Notes: a model not told the origin generated them from the letters alone. DNA of 64,000 nt from Candidatus Latescibacterota bacterium (GCA_963707635.1 OY970173.1:2400001-2464000), one strand, 5' to 3'; shown: positions 1 through 10,243, counted from the first letter of the stretch. Program-made: numbers and translations.

Positions 1-335
1 CCCTTCAATTCGACGTGAACGTCGACGCGAATCTTCTCGTCGAGGCGAATCCGCTGGAGATCCACGTGGAGAAGGTGGCCGCTGGCCGGGTGGCGCTGGA
101 CGTCGCGAATGATCGCGTTGACCGCTCCCCCGCTTCCGACCGTCAGGTCGACGATCGCGCTGTCCGGGTGCTTGCGCAGGATGTTGCGCACGTCCACCTC
201 GGCGAGCGAAAGCCCCACCGGCGATTCCCGGCGACCGTAGAGCACGGCCGGGATCCGGCCGCCGCCGCGCAGCTTGCGCGCCACGCCCTTGCCCGCCCCG
301 TCACGCATTTCCGATTGAAGCTGAAAACGTTCCAT
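1..335 (-). CDS. rplY: 50S ribosomal protein L25/Ctc (runs off the left window edge)
   Basis: Manual translation from ATG 335: MERFQLQSEMRDGAGKGVARKLRGGGRIPAVLYG...IIRDVQRHPASGHLLHVDLQRI; GGAGGG RBS; follows prs. Confidence 0.93.
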   Translation of the reverse strand, partial: MERFQLQSEMRDGAGKGVARKLRGGGRIPAVLYGRRESPVGLSLAEVDVRNILRKHPDSAIVDLTVGSGGAVNAIIRDVQRHPASGHLLHVDLQRIRLDEKIRVDVHVELK

Positions 336-351
336 GATCTCTCACCCTCCG

Positions 352-1284
352 CTACACGAACAACGTACTGACCGACTCGTTGTAATGAATCCGCTTGATG
401 GCCTCCGCGATCAGCCGCGACACATCCAGCACCTTCGCCTTGGGGCACTCCGCGAACCGGTCGAAGGGAAGCGAGTTGGTCACCACGACCTCGCGAATCG
501 GCGAGTTCATGATGAGCTTGCACGCGTCCCCGGCGAACACGGCGTGGCTCGCGCACGCGATCACGGAGCTGGCGCCTTTTTCCTGCACCGCGCGGGCGGC
601 CTTCACCAGCGTGCCACCGGTGGTGATCATGTCGTCGAGGATGACGACGTCACGCCCGCGGACGTCGCCGATCACGTTCATGACCTCGACGTTGTCCTTC
701 TCGGAACGACGCTTGTCCACAATCGCGAGGTCGACGTCCAGCCGCTTGGCGAAGGCGCGGCCGATCTTGGTGCTGCCCACGTCCGGCGATACGATCATCG
801 GGTGCTTGAGCCCGAGCTGCTTGATGTGCTCGAGCAGCACCGGCGCGGCGAACAGGTTGTCCGCCTGGATGTCGAAGAAGCCCTGGATCTGCGTGCTGTG
901 CAGGTCGAGGGTGAGAATCCGGTTGGCGCCGGCCACCTCGATCAGCTTGGCCACCAGCTTGGCGGTGATGGGAACGCGCGGCTGGTCCTTGCGGTCCTGG
1001 CGCGCGTAGCCGTAGTACGGAGTCACCACCGTGATCCGCTCGGCGGACGCGAGAAAGCACGCGTCGAGCAGGATCAAAAGCTCCATCAAGTTCTCGGCCG
1101 GCGGCTGCGTCGACTGGACGATGAAGACGTCCACGCCGCGGACGTTTTCGTTGATCTGACACTGGATCTCGCCGTCCGCAAAGCGATCCAGCGTGACGTC
1201 GCACAGCGGCACGCCCAGCTGTTCCGCGACCTTTTCCGCCAGGGGGCGGTTCGCGTTTCCAGCAATCAGCTTCAGTCCATCCAT
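352..1284 (-). CDS. prs: Ribose-phosphate pyrophosphokinase
   Basis: FADGEI, YYGYARQDRK, DLHSTQIQGFF, DDMITTGGT motifs; start set at MDGLKL. Confidence 0.97.
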   Translation of the reverse strand: MDGLKLIAGNANRPLAEKVAEQLGVPLCDVTLDRFADGEIQCQINENVRGVDVFIVQSTQPPAENLMELLILLDACFLASAERITVVTPYYGYARQDRKDQPRVPITAKLVAKLIEVAGANRILTLDLHSTQIQGFFDIQADNLFAAPVLLEHIKQLGLKHPMIVSPDVGSTKIGRAFAKRLDVDLAIVDKRRSEKDNVEVMNVIGDVRGRDVVILDDMITTGGTLVKAARAVQEKGASSVIACASHAVFAGDACKLIMNSPIREVVVTNSLPFDRFAECPKAKVLDVSRLIAEAIKRIHYNESVSTLFV

Positions 1285-1348
1285 GCGCGAAGCTCCAGGC
1301 AACTATGCAATCAGGCGATCCAGTCCGACGGCGCGCCCGCGCCTGCCG

Positions 1349-1423
1349 TGGTTGGGGCGGGAGGATTCGAACCTCCGAATGCTGGGACCAAAACCCAGTG
1401 ACTTGCCGCTTGTCGACGCCCCA
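1349..1423 (-). tRNA. tRNA-Gln(UUG)
   Basis: TGGGGCGTCGACAAGCGG...CTGGG-TTTTGGT-CCCAG...GGTTCGAATCC...CCA; classic position between ispE and prs. Confidence 0.95.
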
Positions 1424-1477
1424 GGAAAAAAACGAAGGGGAAACCCGCTCTGGAGGATCCCCGAGCCGACGTCTCGT

Positions 1478-1768
1478 CTAGCGCTCGGGGACGTTCGGAG
1501 CCTCTACCCGTGCCCGCTCCTTCTCCCTCCGGTACTCGGCGAGAATGATCCGCTCCATGTCTTCGCGGGCCTCGTTGGTGATCGGGTGGGCGATATCCTG
1601 GTACTCGCCGTCTTTGCGCCGGCGACTCGGCATCGCCACGAACGTCCCGGTCTTGCCTTCGATGATCTTCAGGCCGCGAATGACAAAGCTGTCATCGAGC
1701 GTGATGCTGGCAAAGGCCTTCAGCTTTGCGTCGTCTCGTAGAGACACCCTTACTTCGGTGATCTTCAT
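1478..1768 (-). CDS. spoVG: SpoVG family nucleic-acid-binding protein
   Basis: MKITEVRV...LKAFASITLDD.FVIRGLKIIEG..GTFVAMPSRR..DGEYQDIAHPI. Confidence 0.95.
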   Translation of the reverse strand: MKITEVRVSLRDDAKLKAFASITLDDSFVIRGLKIIEGKTGTFVAMPSRRRKDGEYQDIAHPITNEAREDMERIILAEYRREKERARVEAPNVPER

Positions 1769-1815
1769 CGGGCTCGCCTTCCTTTAACAAGCCGACATTC
1801 GCTTCAAAATACGCG

Positions 1816-2766
1816 CTAGAGAATGTCGATCGCTTGCTTCGCTGGTTTCGCGACGGAGGTGAACAACCCCCTCACCGAGAATCGTCGTGCTGCTTCGCGG
1901 GCCTGGTCCTCGCGCTCAAAAATCGCGAAAACCGCGGACCCGCTTCCGGTCATGGACGCAAAGCAAGGCCGCTCAGCGAGCAACTCCTCGAGCAACCGCG
2001 CCACCATCGGATACGCCGGCATGACAACGCCTTCCAGGGCGTTTCGAAACGGGAGCGCGGATCTCGGAAACCTTGCCAAAACGGAATTGGCCGACCTCAG
2101 GTTAAGTCGGGCCTTGTGGGATGTCAACCGAAAACTCAAGTTGGAGTAAACCCAAGCGGTTGGAATGCTTACCTCCGGCTTTACAATCACGAACACGCCC
2201 CGTTTCAGGGGCTGGAGCGGCACCAAAATCTCCCCCCTGCCCCTCCCCAGCATCGTTCCCCCGAACAGAAAGAACGGGACGTCGCTTCCCAGCCCGGCGG
2301 CGGTCGTGAGCAGGTCCTGCGGGGTGAGCCGCAACCCCATCCCGTGCCCGACCGCGAGCAGAATACCGGCTGCGTTCGAGCTGCCTCCCCCCAGCCCGGC
2401 CCCGGCCGGGATCCGCTTCCGGAGCCGGATGCGCGCGCCGAGGGAGTCGCCGGCCAGCGGCCGCATCGCCACGATGGCCCGATGGCACAGGTTGCGCTCG
2501 TCGGTCGGGATATCGGGGTCGGTGCACGTGATGTCGACGCGACCGTCGCGGGTGAGCTCCACCTCCATCTCGTCGGCGAGGTCGATGCACTGCAGCACGG
2601 TCTCGATTTCGTGGAAGCCGTCCGGGCGTTTCCGAATCACCTCCAGCGAAAGGTTGACCTTGGCGCGCGTGGCCAGGCGCAGGGTCGAGCCGCGGGTCGG
2701 CGCGGGGACGGTGGCGTCGGCGGAGCCAGGGGAGCGTCGGGCGCCCGTGGTGCGCCGCGGGCCCAC
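1816..2766 (-). CDS. ispE: 4-diphosphocytidyl-2-C-methyl-D-erythritol kinase
   Basis: AKVNLSL, KRIPAGAGLGGGSSNAA, LGSDVPFF, MTGSGS; start uncertain (GTG 2766). Confidence 0.93.
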   Translation of the reverse strand: MGPRRTTGARRSPGSADATVPAPTRGSTLRLATRAKVNLSLEVIRKRPDGFHEIETVLQCIDLADEMEVELTRDGRVDITCTDPDIPTDERNLCHRAIVAMRPLAGDSLGARIRLRKRIPAGAGLGGGSSNAAGILLAVGHGMGLRLTPQDLLTTAAGLGSDVPFFLFGGTMLGRGRGEILVPLQPLKRGVFVIVKPEVSIPTAWVYSNLSFRLTSHKARLNLRSANSVLARFPRSALPFRNALEGVVMPAYPMVARLLEELLAERPCFASMTGSGSAVFAIFEREDQAREAARRFSVRGLFTSVAKPAKQAIDIL

Positions 2767-2767
2767 G

Positions 2768-3670
2768 CTAGATTCCCCCGAGAATCGCAATCACCAGTAC
2801 GATCCACGCCAGCACGACCACCAGCAGGAAGCGTTCGTGCAGGAGCAGGTCGGACGGGTTGCCGCCCTTCTGCTTGTTGTACACGAGGTAGAGATAGCGC
2901 ATCACGCCGGTGAGCACCAGCGGCACCGTATACACCATGTTGGTGGTCCCGAACTTCTCCACCGTCTCCGGCCAGATGGTATAAATGGCGTACGCCAGCA
3001 CGGATCCCCCCGCCGTGATCGACACCAGCTGGTCGAGCAGGGCCGGCGAATACTCCTGCAACGATTCGCGGTGGTTGACGGCGTCCTCGAGGGTGAGGAG
3101 TTCGTGACGGCGCTTGCAGAACGCCAGGAACAGCGACAGGAACAGCGTGCAGATCAAGAGCCAGGGTGAAATGGCGATGCCGGGGTCGGCGCCGCGCAGC
3201 GCCTCGACGCCCCCGATCGCGCGCAGCACGAACGAAAGCGATATGCTCACCACGTCGAGCAGCACCAGGCGTTTGAGCCCGAACGAGTACAGCAGGTTGA
3301 GCGCGCAGAACACGCACGCGACGGCGAGGAAACCGCCGCCGAGGGTGTGCGCGAAATAGAGCGCGGCGCTGGCGGCGATCACCGACACCGTCACCGCGGT
3401 CGACTTGCGCAGGCGGCCCGAGGCCAGCGGGCGGTGTTGCTTGGTCGGATGCCGGCGATCCTTCTCGAGATCGGCGATGTCGTTGACAATATAGATGACG
3501 CCCGAGAGGACGCAGTAGATCACGAAGGCTTCGACGGCGCGAACGACCAGCTCGCCCTCGCGAAAATTCCGCGAGAAGATCAGGCCGGCGAACACGACCA
3601 GGTTCTTCGTCCATTGCGCCGGCCGCATCGACGCCAGGACGTAGTAGATCTGCTTCACGGCCGCCGTCAC
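2768..3670 (-). CDS. UbiA-family polyprenyl-phosphate phosphoribosyltransferase (DPPR-synthase-like)
   Basis: MRPAQWTKNL, YIVNDIADLEKDRRHPTKQHRPLASG, KRRHEL; multiple TM helices; GTGA coupling with upstream gene. Confidence 0.85.
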   Translation of the reverse strand: MTAAVKQIYYVLASMRPAQWTKNLVVFAGLIFSRNFREGELVVRAVEAFVIYCVLSGVIYIVNDIADLEKDRRHPTKQHRPLASGRLRKSTAVTVSVIAASAALYFAHTLGGGFLAVACVFCALNLLYSFGLKRLVLLDVVSISLSFVLRAIGGVEALRGADPGIAISPWLLICTLFLSLFLAFCKRRHELLTLEDAVNHRESLQEYSPALLDQLVSITAGGSVLAYAIYTIWPETVEKFGTTNMVYTVPLVLTGVMRYLYLVYNKQKGGNPSDLLLHERFLLVVVLAWIVLVIAILGGI

Positions 3671-6387
3671 TCGCGAATGGCCCTTTCGCCCGAACCCGCC
3701 ACCTGGTAGACCTGCCCCGCCACGGCTCGCAACCACTCGTCGCGCTCCGCGCGCGTGGTGTCGACCGGACCGGCGGCCACCAGCCGCCGGAACGGATCCG
3801 CGGCCGGGAACAATGGACTCAAGACGCGGCGCCCGCCCTCGATGCCGCACTCGTCGAGATGCTCGGATGGAAAGACGGGAGCCGCCCCGATGCGCGCGCG
3901 CGCCGGCGCGCGCTGGGCCGGGCCGGCCACGGCCGCCCGGCGCGCCGCCGCCACGTCGATCTCCGCCGCCGGCAGCACCACGTAGATGCCGCGGAAGCCG
4001 CCCGCGGCGACCTCGAGCACCAGGCGCGCCACTTCGCTCTCCAGGACCTCCGCGACGCCGCGGCCGCCCTCGTCCCGGAGACCCGCCGCCGTCAGCACCC
4101 GCGGCACGCGGACCACCGCGCAGGGCTCGGCGCCCGCGCGGTTGAGCACCATCGCCTCCATGATGGCCGCCATCGCGATCGATCGACTGCCGGGCTCCGC
4201 GCTCCCCCATTCGCACACGATGACGAACGGCCGGCCGGCACGGCGCCACACCGCGCGCGCCACCGCGTCGGCCTCGCGCACCAGGTGGTTCCACATGAAG
4301 TCGTCATCGTTGACCCCGCCGGGCGCAATCGCGCTGACCGAATGGATCACGACCTCGGGCGACGCCGCGTCGACGATCGCACCCGCATCGATGGCCAGCG
4401 ATCCGTACGCCCCCACGGCGCCGGCGTCGCCGCGCTCGCCCCCGGGGGCGACCCGGTGCACGACCGGGACCGCGTCGGCGGCTCGAAGCATGGCGACCAG
4501 GGAGGCGCCGACGCTCCCGCCGCCGTGGGTGACGAGTACGCGGCGGCCGCGCAGGGCCGCGGCCACGCGCGGTGAGGTGGCGACCGCCGGCCGTCCGAGC
4601 GCGGACGCGACCCGGTCGAGCACCAGCGCGCGCGGCTCGGAGTCGCCGGCCGTCGAACCGGGCGCACCTTCCAGGGGCACGTGCGCGGCGCGCGCACGGG
4701 CGAGCCACACCATGGCCGCGTCCTCGTCCGAACGGCCCGCCGCGTAGACCAGCGCATCGACCCGGCGCCGGCGGCAGATCTCGGGCAAGTCCGTGCCGGG
4801 TCCGTCGACGGGAATGCCGTGGAGCAGGAGGCCCCGCTTGCGCGGGTCGTCGTCGATGAAGCACACCACCGACTGCTGCGGCCCGCGGCCGCCGATCTCG
4901 CGCGCGAGGCGTTCGCCGTCGTCGCCCGCGCCGATGATGCCCAGGCGGCGCGCGTTTTCGCCGTGGGGCTCGCGCCCGATCTCGTGGAACAGCCGCGTCG
5001 AGAAACGCGCGCCCAGGACCAGCAAGATCAACATGAAATACTCGATCAGGAACAGGGTGCGCGGAAACGCCACGAAGCGATACAGCAGCACCACCGCCGC
5101 CAGGATGATCGCGGAACCGGCGGTCACCGCCTTGATGACGCGAATCACGTCCGAGACGCTGGTGTACCTCCACATGCTGCGGTAGAGGCCGTACTTGAAG
5201 AAGCACGCGCTGCGCACGATCACGACGATGGGGAACGCCCGCAGCACCGCCTTGCCTTCCGCCTCGGTAAACTCGAAGTTCATGCGCAGGAAATACGCGC
5301 CCAGGTAGGCCACCGCAATCGCGATCAGGTCGGTCGCGATCACGAACAGCGCCCGCCGCTCCCAGAACAAACGGTTGCCGCGCTCGAGGGCGCGGATCTT
5401 GAGAATCGCCAGCACGAAGGCGGTCACCCACGCAATACTCACGAACGGGCCGAACAGGGCCCCCGCGCGCACGTAGAGCAGCGCACTCGCCCCGAGCAGC
5501 AGCATGACCAGATACTCGAGGAGGGTCACCTGCTTGTGGTTGAGCCCGAGCTGCAGCAGCCGCTGGTAGTAGTGCATGCGGTGGGGCTGGAACACCGGCT
5601 CACCGCGCGCGAGCCGGTTGACGATGGTGAGCGCGGCGTCCACGTAGAGCGACGCCACCAGCAGCATCGACACGAAAAACGGAATTTCCGGCGTGCCGCT
5701 GTTTCCGGCCACCGCGAGGTAGGCGAAACAGTACCCGAAGAAGGTGCTGCCGCTGTCGCCCATGAACAACCGCGCCGGGGGAAAATTGAACTGGAGAAAC
5801 CCCAGCGCGCCGCCGGCGGCGATGAGCGCGATCACTGCGATCGCCGGCTGACCGACGAAACTGGCGATCAGCGCCAGAAACACGCCGGCGATGAATCCCC
5901 CGCCGGCGGCGAGGCCATCGATACCGTCGATGAAGTTGTAGAAATTCACGCTGGCGATGAAGACGATCGCCGTGAGCGGATACGCGAACCATCCGAAATC
6001 GACGTTACCCGCCACCGGCAGCGTGGCGCGGTGGAGCACGTTTCCCGCCGCGATCGCGATCAGCGCGGCGCCCACCTGCGCGCCGAGCTTGGCCCCGACT
6101 CCGAGCCCCCGCCAGTCGTCCAGGATTCCGGCGGCGAACAGGACCGCGCACCCCCCGGCCAGCGGCAGGAATGCGCGCAGCGGCGGGACCACCAGGCACG
6201 AGACGCCGAAGGTGACGAAGAACGCGCCGACGATGGCGATCCCGCCGAAGCGGAGCTTGGGCGTTTCGTGCGAGCTGCGCTCGTTGGGCATGTCGACGAA
6301 CGCCCGCGCCGGCGGGCGGCGCAACAGCAGCCGCGTGCCGGCGTAGGACATCGCCAGCGCGGAAACGAATGCAAGCATGGCAACCAT
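3667..6387 (-). CDS. WecA/MraY-family polyprenyl-phosphate sugar-1-P transferase fused to a degenerate CapD/PglF-like module
   Basis: N-term GILDD, NFIDGIDGLA, FMGDSGS; middle GLYRSMWRYTS, IIGAG, FIDDD; C-term VLVTHGGGSVG (eroded SDR fold). Confidence 0.8.
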   Translation of the reverse strand: MVAMLAFVSALAMSYAGTRLLLRRPPARAFVDMPNERSSHETPKLRFGGIAIVGAFFVTFGVSCLVVPPLRAFLPLAGGCAVLFAAGILDDWRGLGVGAKLGAQVGAALIAIAAGNVLHRATLPVAGNVDFGWFAYPLTAIVFIASVNFYNFIDGIDGLAAGGGFIAGVFLALIASFVGQPAIAVIALIAAGGALGFLQFNFPPARLFMGDSGSTFFGYCFAYLAVAGNSGTPEIPFFVSMLLVASLYVDAALTIVNRLARGEPVFQPHRMHYYQRLLQLGLNHKQVTLLEYLVMLLLGASALLYVRAGALFGPFVSIAWVTAFVLAILKIRALERGNRLFWERRALFVIATDLIAIAVAYLGAYFLRMNFEFTEAEGKAVLRAFPIVVIVRSACFFKYGLYRSMWRYTSVSDVIRVIKAVTAGSAIILAAVVLLYRFVAFPRTLFLIEYFMLILLVLGARFSTRLFHEIGREPHGENARRLGIIGAGDDGERLAREIGGRGPQQSVVCFIDDDPRKRGLLLHGIPVDGPGTDLPEICRRRRVDALVYAAGRSDEDAAMVWLARARAAHVPLEGAPGSTAGDSEPRALVLDRVASALGRPAVATSPRVAAALRGRRVLVTHGGGSVGASLVAMLRAADAVPVVHRVAPGGERGDAGAVGAYGSLAIDAGAIVDAASPEVVIHSVSAIAPGGVNDDDFMWNHLVREADAVARAVWRRAGRPFVIVCEWGSAEPGSRSIAMAAIMEAMVLNRAGAEPCAVVRVPRVLTAAGLRDEGGRGVAEVLESEVARLVLEVAAGGFRGIYVVLPAAEIDVAAARRAAVAGPAQRAPARARIGAAPVFPSEHLDECGIEGGRRVLSPLFPAADPFRRLVAAGPVDTTRAERDEWLRAVAGQVYQVAGSGERAIRE

Positions 6388-6426
6388 GGGATCGACCTCA
6401 AAGAATAGGGGCGCGGCGGTATCCGC

Positions 6427-7401
6427 TCAAGCAGTATCGCGCTCGGTTCGCAGCGCGGCGACGATCGCGGGGAGCGTCCCTTCGAGGCCGTGACGCGGTG
6501 CAAAGCCGAGCTCACGGACGATTGTCTCGGCGGCGTACTCGGCGCTGCCGAACAACTTCCGGTAGGCCGCGCGATCGAACGGCGCGCGTCGCCCGGTAGC
6601 CGCCCCCACCGCGTCGCCCACGCGCGCCAGGGCGCGAAACACCGCGTCGGGCACGACGGCGCGCGGCGGCCGCCGCCCGAGCGCGGCGCGCGTCCAGGCG
6701 CAGATCTCGTGCGTGGAATACGCGCGGCCGTCCGTCACCGTGTAGGTGCGACCCGCCGCGCGCGGGCTCTCCGCAACGAGCACCAGCGCCGCGACGGCAT
6801 CGTCGACGTGGAGCATCGAGCGTCGATTGGCGACCGGCGCAATGGCGGGAAATCGGCGTGCGGTGATCGCCTCCACCATTCGCGCCAGATTGCCGGGCAT
6901 CCCCGGGCCGTAGAGGAGCGGGAGGCGGAGCACCACCGGTTCCGCCATGAGTTCGCGCACGAGCGCTTCCGCGGCCAGCTTGCTCCTCCCGTACGCCGAG
7001 GAAGGCGCCGGCGTCTCGTCTTCCTCGACACGCCGTTCGTCCGCATCCGCGAACACGGCCACGCTACTCGCGAACACGAGCCGCCGCACCCCCGCCGCGC
7101 GCGCCGCCGCGCACAGTCGCCGCGTCCCCTCGACGTTGACCGCTGCATACACGCGATCGTCGGCGAGCGCCGCGTCGTGGCGGTGCGCGGTGCCGGCGAG
7201 GTGGAGCACGGCGTCGATGTCCTGCAGCAGTGCCGCGGGCAGCGGTTCCCCGGCCAGGTCCGCGGGGATCGTGTCGTGCCACGGCCCGCTCTCCGGCAGG
7301 CTGCGCGCCGTCGCGCGCACGAACCCCCGCGGGTAGAGCGCGGCGCACGCGCGCTGACCCAGGAAACCGGTCGCGCCGGTGACCAGAAAACGCGCCGTCA
7401 C
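6427..7401 (-). CDS. NAD-dependent epimerase/dehydratase
   Basis: VTGATGFLG, HLAG, SSVAV, YGRSK; GTGA overlap with upstream stop. Confidence 0.9.
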   Translation of the reverse strand: MTARFLVTGATGFLGQRACAALYPRGFVRATARSLPESGPWHDTIPADLAGEPLPAALLQDIDAVLHLAGTAHRHDAALADDRVYAAVNVEGTRRLCAAARAAGVRRLVFASSVAVFADADERRVEEDETPAPSSAYGRSKLAAEALVRELMAEPVVLRLPLLYGPGMPGNLARMVEAITARRFPAIAPVANRRSMLHVDDAVAALVLVAESPRAAGRTYTVTDGRAYSTHEICAWTRAALGRRPPRAVVPDAVFRALARVGDAVGAATGRRAPFDRAAYRKLFGSAEYAAETIVRELGFAPRHGLEGTLPAIVAALRTERDTA

Positions 7402-8576
7402 CCCGCCTCCCCTCCGGCAATGCTGCGGTAGAGCGAGAGCATCTGCGCCACGATCACCTCGTCGGAATAGTCGGCTACCACGCGCTCGCGCGAGCGCCGG
7501 CCCATGCGCCGGCGCAGCTCTTCGTCGCCCGCGAGGCGCGCGATCGCGTCCGCGAGAGCGGGGACATCGTGGAGCGGAACCAGTATCCCATTGTCCCCGT
7601 CCCGGACGATCTCCCGGCAGCCCGGCACGTCGGTGGCGACGAGTGCGCGGCCGCAGGCGGCGGCTTCCAGAAGCGTGCGCGGCATTCCTTCCCGGTAGCT
7701 CGGCAGCACGCCGACGTGCGCGGCCCTCCACACCTCGAGCATGTCGTCGACGCGCGGCACCCACTCGACGATGCCCTCGTCGGCCCACGCGTTCAGTTCC
7801 CGCGCCGATATCGTCTCCGGGTTCTCGGGGTCCGGGTCGCCGACCAGCCGCACACGCACCGCGGCGTTACGCGCGCGCAACCGACGCGCCGCTTCCACCA
7901 GTTCGACGACTCCCTTGGAACGGATCAGCCGGCTGGCGAGCACCGCGGTTACGGGGCCGGGCGGCTCCGGCGCGGGCACGAAATGGCGCGCGTCGACCCC
8001 CGACCCTCGAATCAGGTGGACACGGTCGGCGGCGAAAAGGCGACCTCGGAGCACCTCGGCCTGGTCGTCCGGGTTCTGGACGACGAGGTGAGAGCGCGGA
8101 CTCGAGAGCACGCGGCGAAACACGGCGTGCACGAGAGCGCGCGCCACGCGTGCGCGCGCACGCGACGACGTGGACACCCAGCCGAACCCGGCCAGCGTGT
8201 GCACCTGCGGCGGACGCCCGGCACCCAGCGCCGCCAGCCCGCCATAGACGGCCGCCTTGACGCCCACGTGGTGCACGAGGTCGGGGGCGAGGCGCCGATA
8301 CAAGCCAACCAGCTGGACGAATGCCCGCGCCTCCGCGAAGGGATTGCGTGCGCCGCGTCGCCAGACCAGCGGGACGACGCGAAATCCCTCGCGCGCGATT
8401 CGCTCGCCGTGCGCCGCGACGCGGGTGGCGACCGTTACCTCCGCGCCCGCGGCGCGGGCGGCGCGGGCGAGTGCGAGCCGGTGCGACCAGAACATCCAGT
8501 CCTCGTTGACCACCAGCACGATGCGCAGCGGCGTTCCGTCCGCGCGCCGCAGCCCTTTCGCGAGCTCACGGGTCAT
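7398..8576 (-). CDS. Glycosyltransferase family 4
   Basis: LPSYREGMPRTLLEAAACG, TDVPGC. Confidence 0.92.
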   Translation of the reverse strand: MTRELAKGLRRADGTPLRIVLVVNEDWMFWSHRLALARAARAAGAEVTVATRVAAHGERIAREGFRVVPLVWRRGARNPFAEARAFVQLVGLYRRLAPDLVHHVGVKAAVYGGLAALGAGRPPQVHTLAGFGWVSTSSRARARVARALVHAVFRRVLSSPRSHLVVQNPDDQAEVLRGRLFAADRVHLIRGSGVDARHFVPAPEPPGPVTAVLASRLIRSKGVVELVEAARRLRARNAAVRVRLVGDPDPENPETISARELNAWADEGIVEWVPRVDDMLEVWRAAHVGVLPSYREGMPRTLLEAAACGRALVATDVPGCREIVRDGDNGILVPLHDVPALADAIARLAGDEELRRRMGRRSRERVVADYSDEVIVAQMLSLYRSIAGGEAG

Positions 8577-9633
8577 GCGCCACCGCCCGCCCCTCGGCAA
8601 CCGCGCGCAGGATGGCCACCAGACGCGGCCCGTAGGTCGCGAGGTTGTAGTGGGCCAGCACCCACTCGCGCGCGCGGCCCCCCATGCGTGCGCGCCGCTG
8701 TGCGTCGCCCACCAGTGCCACCAGCCGTTCCGTCCATTCATCGCCGGTGCGGGCGACAAAGCCGTTGTCGCCGTCGCGCACGATGTCGCCGACGCTGCCG
8801 GACGGCGACGACACCGTCGCCAGCCCCGTGCTCATGTACTGGAGGAGCTTGAGCGAACACTTTCCCATCGCCCATTCGTCGTCCCGCAGCGGCATCACGC
8901 CCACGTCGAAGCCGCGCAGCTCGTCCGCCTCCCGCTCGTACTCCCACGCCCGCGCCTCCAGCTCGATCCCGGCGGCGGCGAAGCGTTCGTCGCCGACGAC
9001 GCGCAGCACGAAGTCGGCGCGCGCCTGTGCGCGCGCGAGCGCCGGGACCGCGTCGGCGAGAAAGCGCGCCGTCTCCGGGCTTCCCATCCACCCCACCACC
9101 ACCGGCCCGGCCGCTGGGCGGGCGGCGCGCGGCGTGAAGCGCTCCGCGTCGACCACGGTCGGAAAGTGGACGGTGTGGGGGTTGAACGCGCGCGCGTAGT
9201 CGGCCAGCCAGCGGTTTCCGGCCAGGACCAGCGAGGCGCGCGCGATGGCAGTGGGGATCTTTCGCGCCAGCAGCGGACGCCCCCGGTACGGGAGGTGGAT
9301 CGCGTCGTCGATGTCCAGGATCACGCGCGCGCGGGCGATCGACAGCACCCATTCGACGATCGGGGGCGCCCACGGAAACAGTTCCTTCTGGACGAAGACG
9401 ACGTCGAAACGCCGCGACGCCAGCAGCACGCGCGCGCGATAGAGCGAGCGCGCCGCGAGATACCTGGGCCCCGGTCGCCACCCCGCAAACCGGGCGGCCA
9501 GGTAGCGATCGTCGAGCAGCGGTTCGAGCCGGTACTCGATGCCCGCGCGGTCGAGGTGGGGTAGAAACTGGACGACGCGATAGCGGCTGCTGGGACCGCC
9601 GGCGGCGTAGCGGGTGAGGAAGAGGACGCGCAC
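8566..9633 (-). CDS. Glycosyltransferase family 4
   Basis: SSRYRVVQF, DIDDAI, GKCSLKLLQYM. Confidence 0.9.
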   Translation of the reverse strand: MRVLFLTRYAAGGPSSRYRVVQFLPHLDRAGIEYRLEPLLDDRYLAARFAGWRPGPRYLAARSLYRARVLLASRRFDVVFVQKELFPWAPPIVEWVLSIARARVILDIDDAIHLPYRGRPLLARKIPTAIARASLVLAGNRWLADYARAFNPHTVHFPTVVDAERFTPRAARPAAGPVVVGWMGSPETARFLADAVPALARAQARADFVLRVVGDERFAAAGIELEARAWEYEREADELRGFDVGVMPLRDDEWAMGKCSLKLLQYMSTGLATVSSPSGSVGDIVRDGDNGFVARTGDEWTERLVALVGDAQRRARMGGRAREWVLAHYNLATYGPRLVAILRAVAEGRAVAHDP

Positions 9634-9646
9634 GCGGCCTCGCCCG

Positions 9647-10243
9647 TCAGGGCGCGCCCGCGCCGCCGGGGCCGGCGAGCGCGCGCTCGACCATCTCGCA
9701 CAGGAGATGGATCACCAGCAGGTGGATCTCCTGCACGCGCGGCGTGTCCGTGTCCGGAACCCGGATCGCCAGCGTGCACGCCTCGGCGGCGCGACCCCCG
9801 CTTTCCCCGGTGAGCGCGATCGCGGCGGCGCCGGCCGCGCGGGCCGCGGCGCACGCGCGCACCACGTTCTCCGAGTTGCCGCTGGTGGAGAGCGCGAGCA
9901 GGCAGTCGCCGGGCCGGATCACCCCGGCGAGCTGGCGCGAAAACACCTCCGCGAATTCATAGTCGTTGGCGATCGAGGTCAGCGTGGCCGCGTTGTCGAC
10001 CAGCGACACGGCGCGCAACGCGCGCCGTTCGCGCTTGAACCGTCCCACCAGCTCGGCCACGAAGTGCGCCGCCTGCGACGCGCTGCCGCCGTTTCCGCAC
10101 GCGTACACCATCCCGCCGCCGCGGAGACAGGCCGTGATCGCGTCCGCCGCCTGCTCGATACGCCCCGCCAGAACCGCGGCTCGCTCGAGCGACTGCGCGC
10201 GCGCGGCGAAGGCGGCGCGAATATCGTCGCCGGTCGCGCTCAC
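9647..10243 (-). CDS. gmhA: Sedoheptulose-7-phosphate isomerase (SIS domain)
   Basis: CGNGGSASQAAHFVAELVGRF, ANDY, STSGNS, RVQEIH. Confidence 0.92.
   Translation of the reverse strand: MSATGDDIRAAFAARAQSLERAAVLAGRIEQAADAITACLRGGGMVYACGNGGSASQAAHFVAELVGRFKRERRALRAVSLVDNAATLTSIANDYEFAEVFSRQLAGVIRPGDCLLALSTSGNSENVVRACAAARAAGAAAIALTGESGGRAAEACTLAIRVPDTDTPRVQEIHLLVIHLLCEMVERALAGPGGAGAP

Noticed and set aside
1478..1768. spoVG as evidence of sporulation
   Set aside because: SpoVG is a general nucleic-acid-binding protein found near ispE/prs in many non-sporulating diderms
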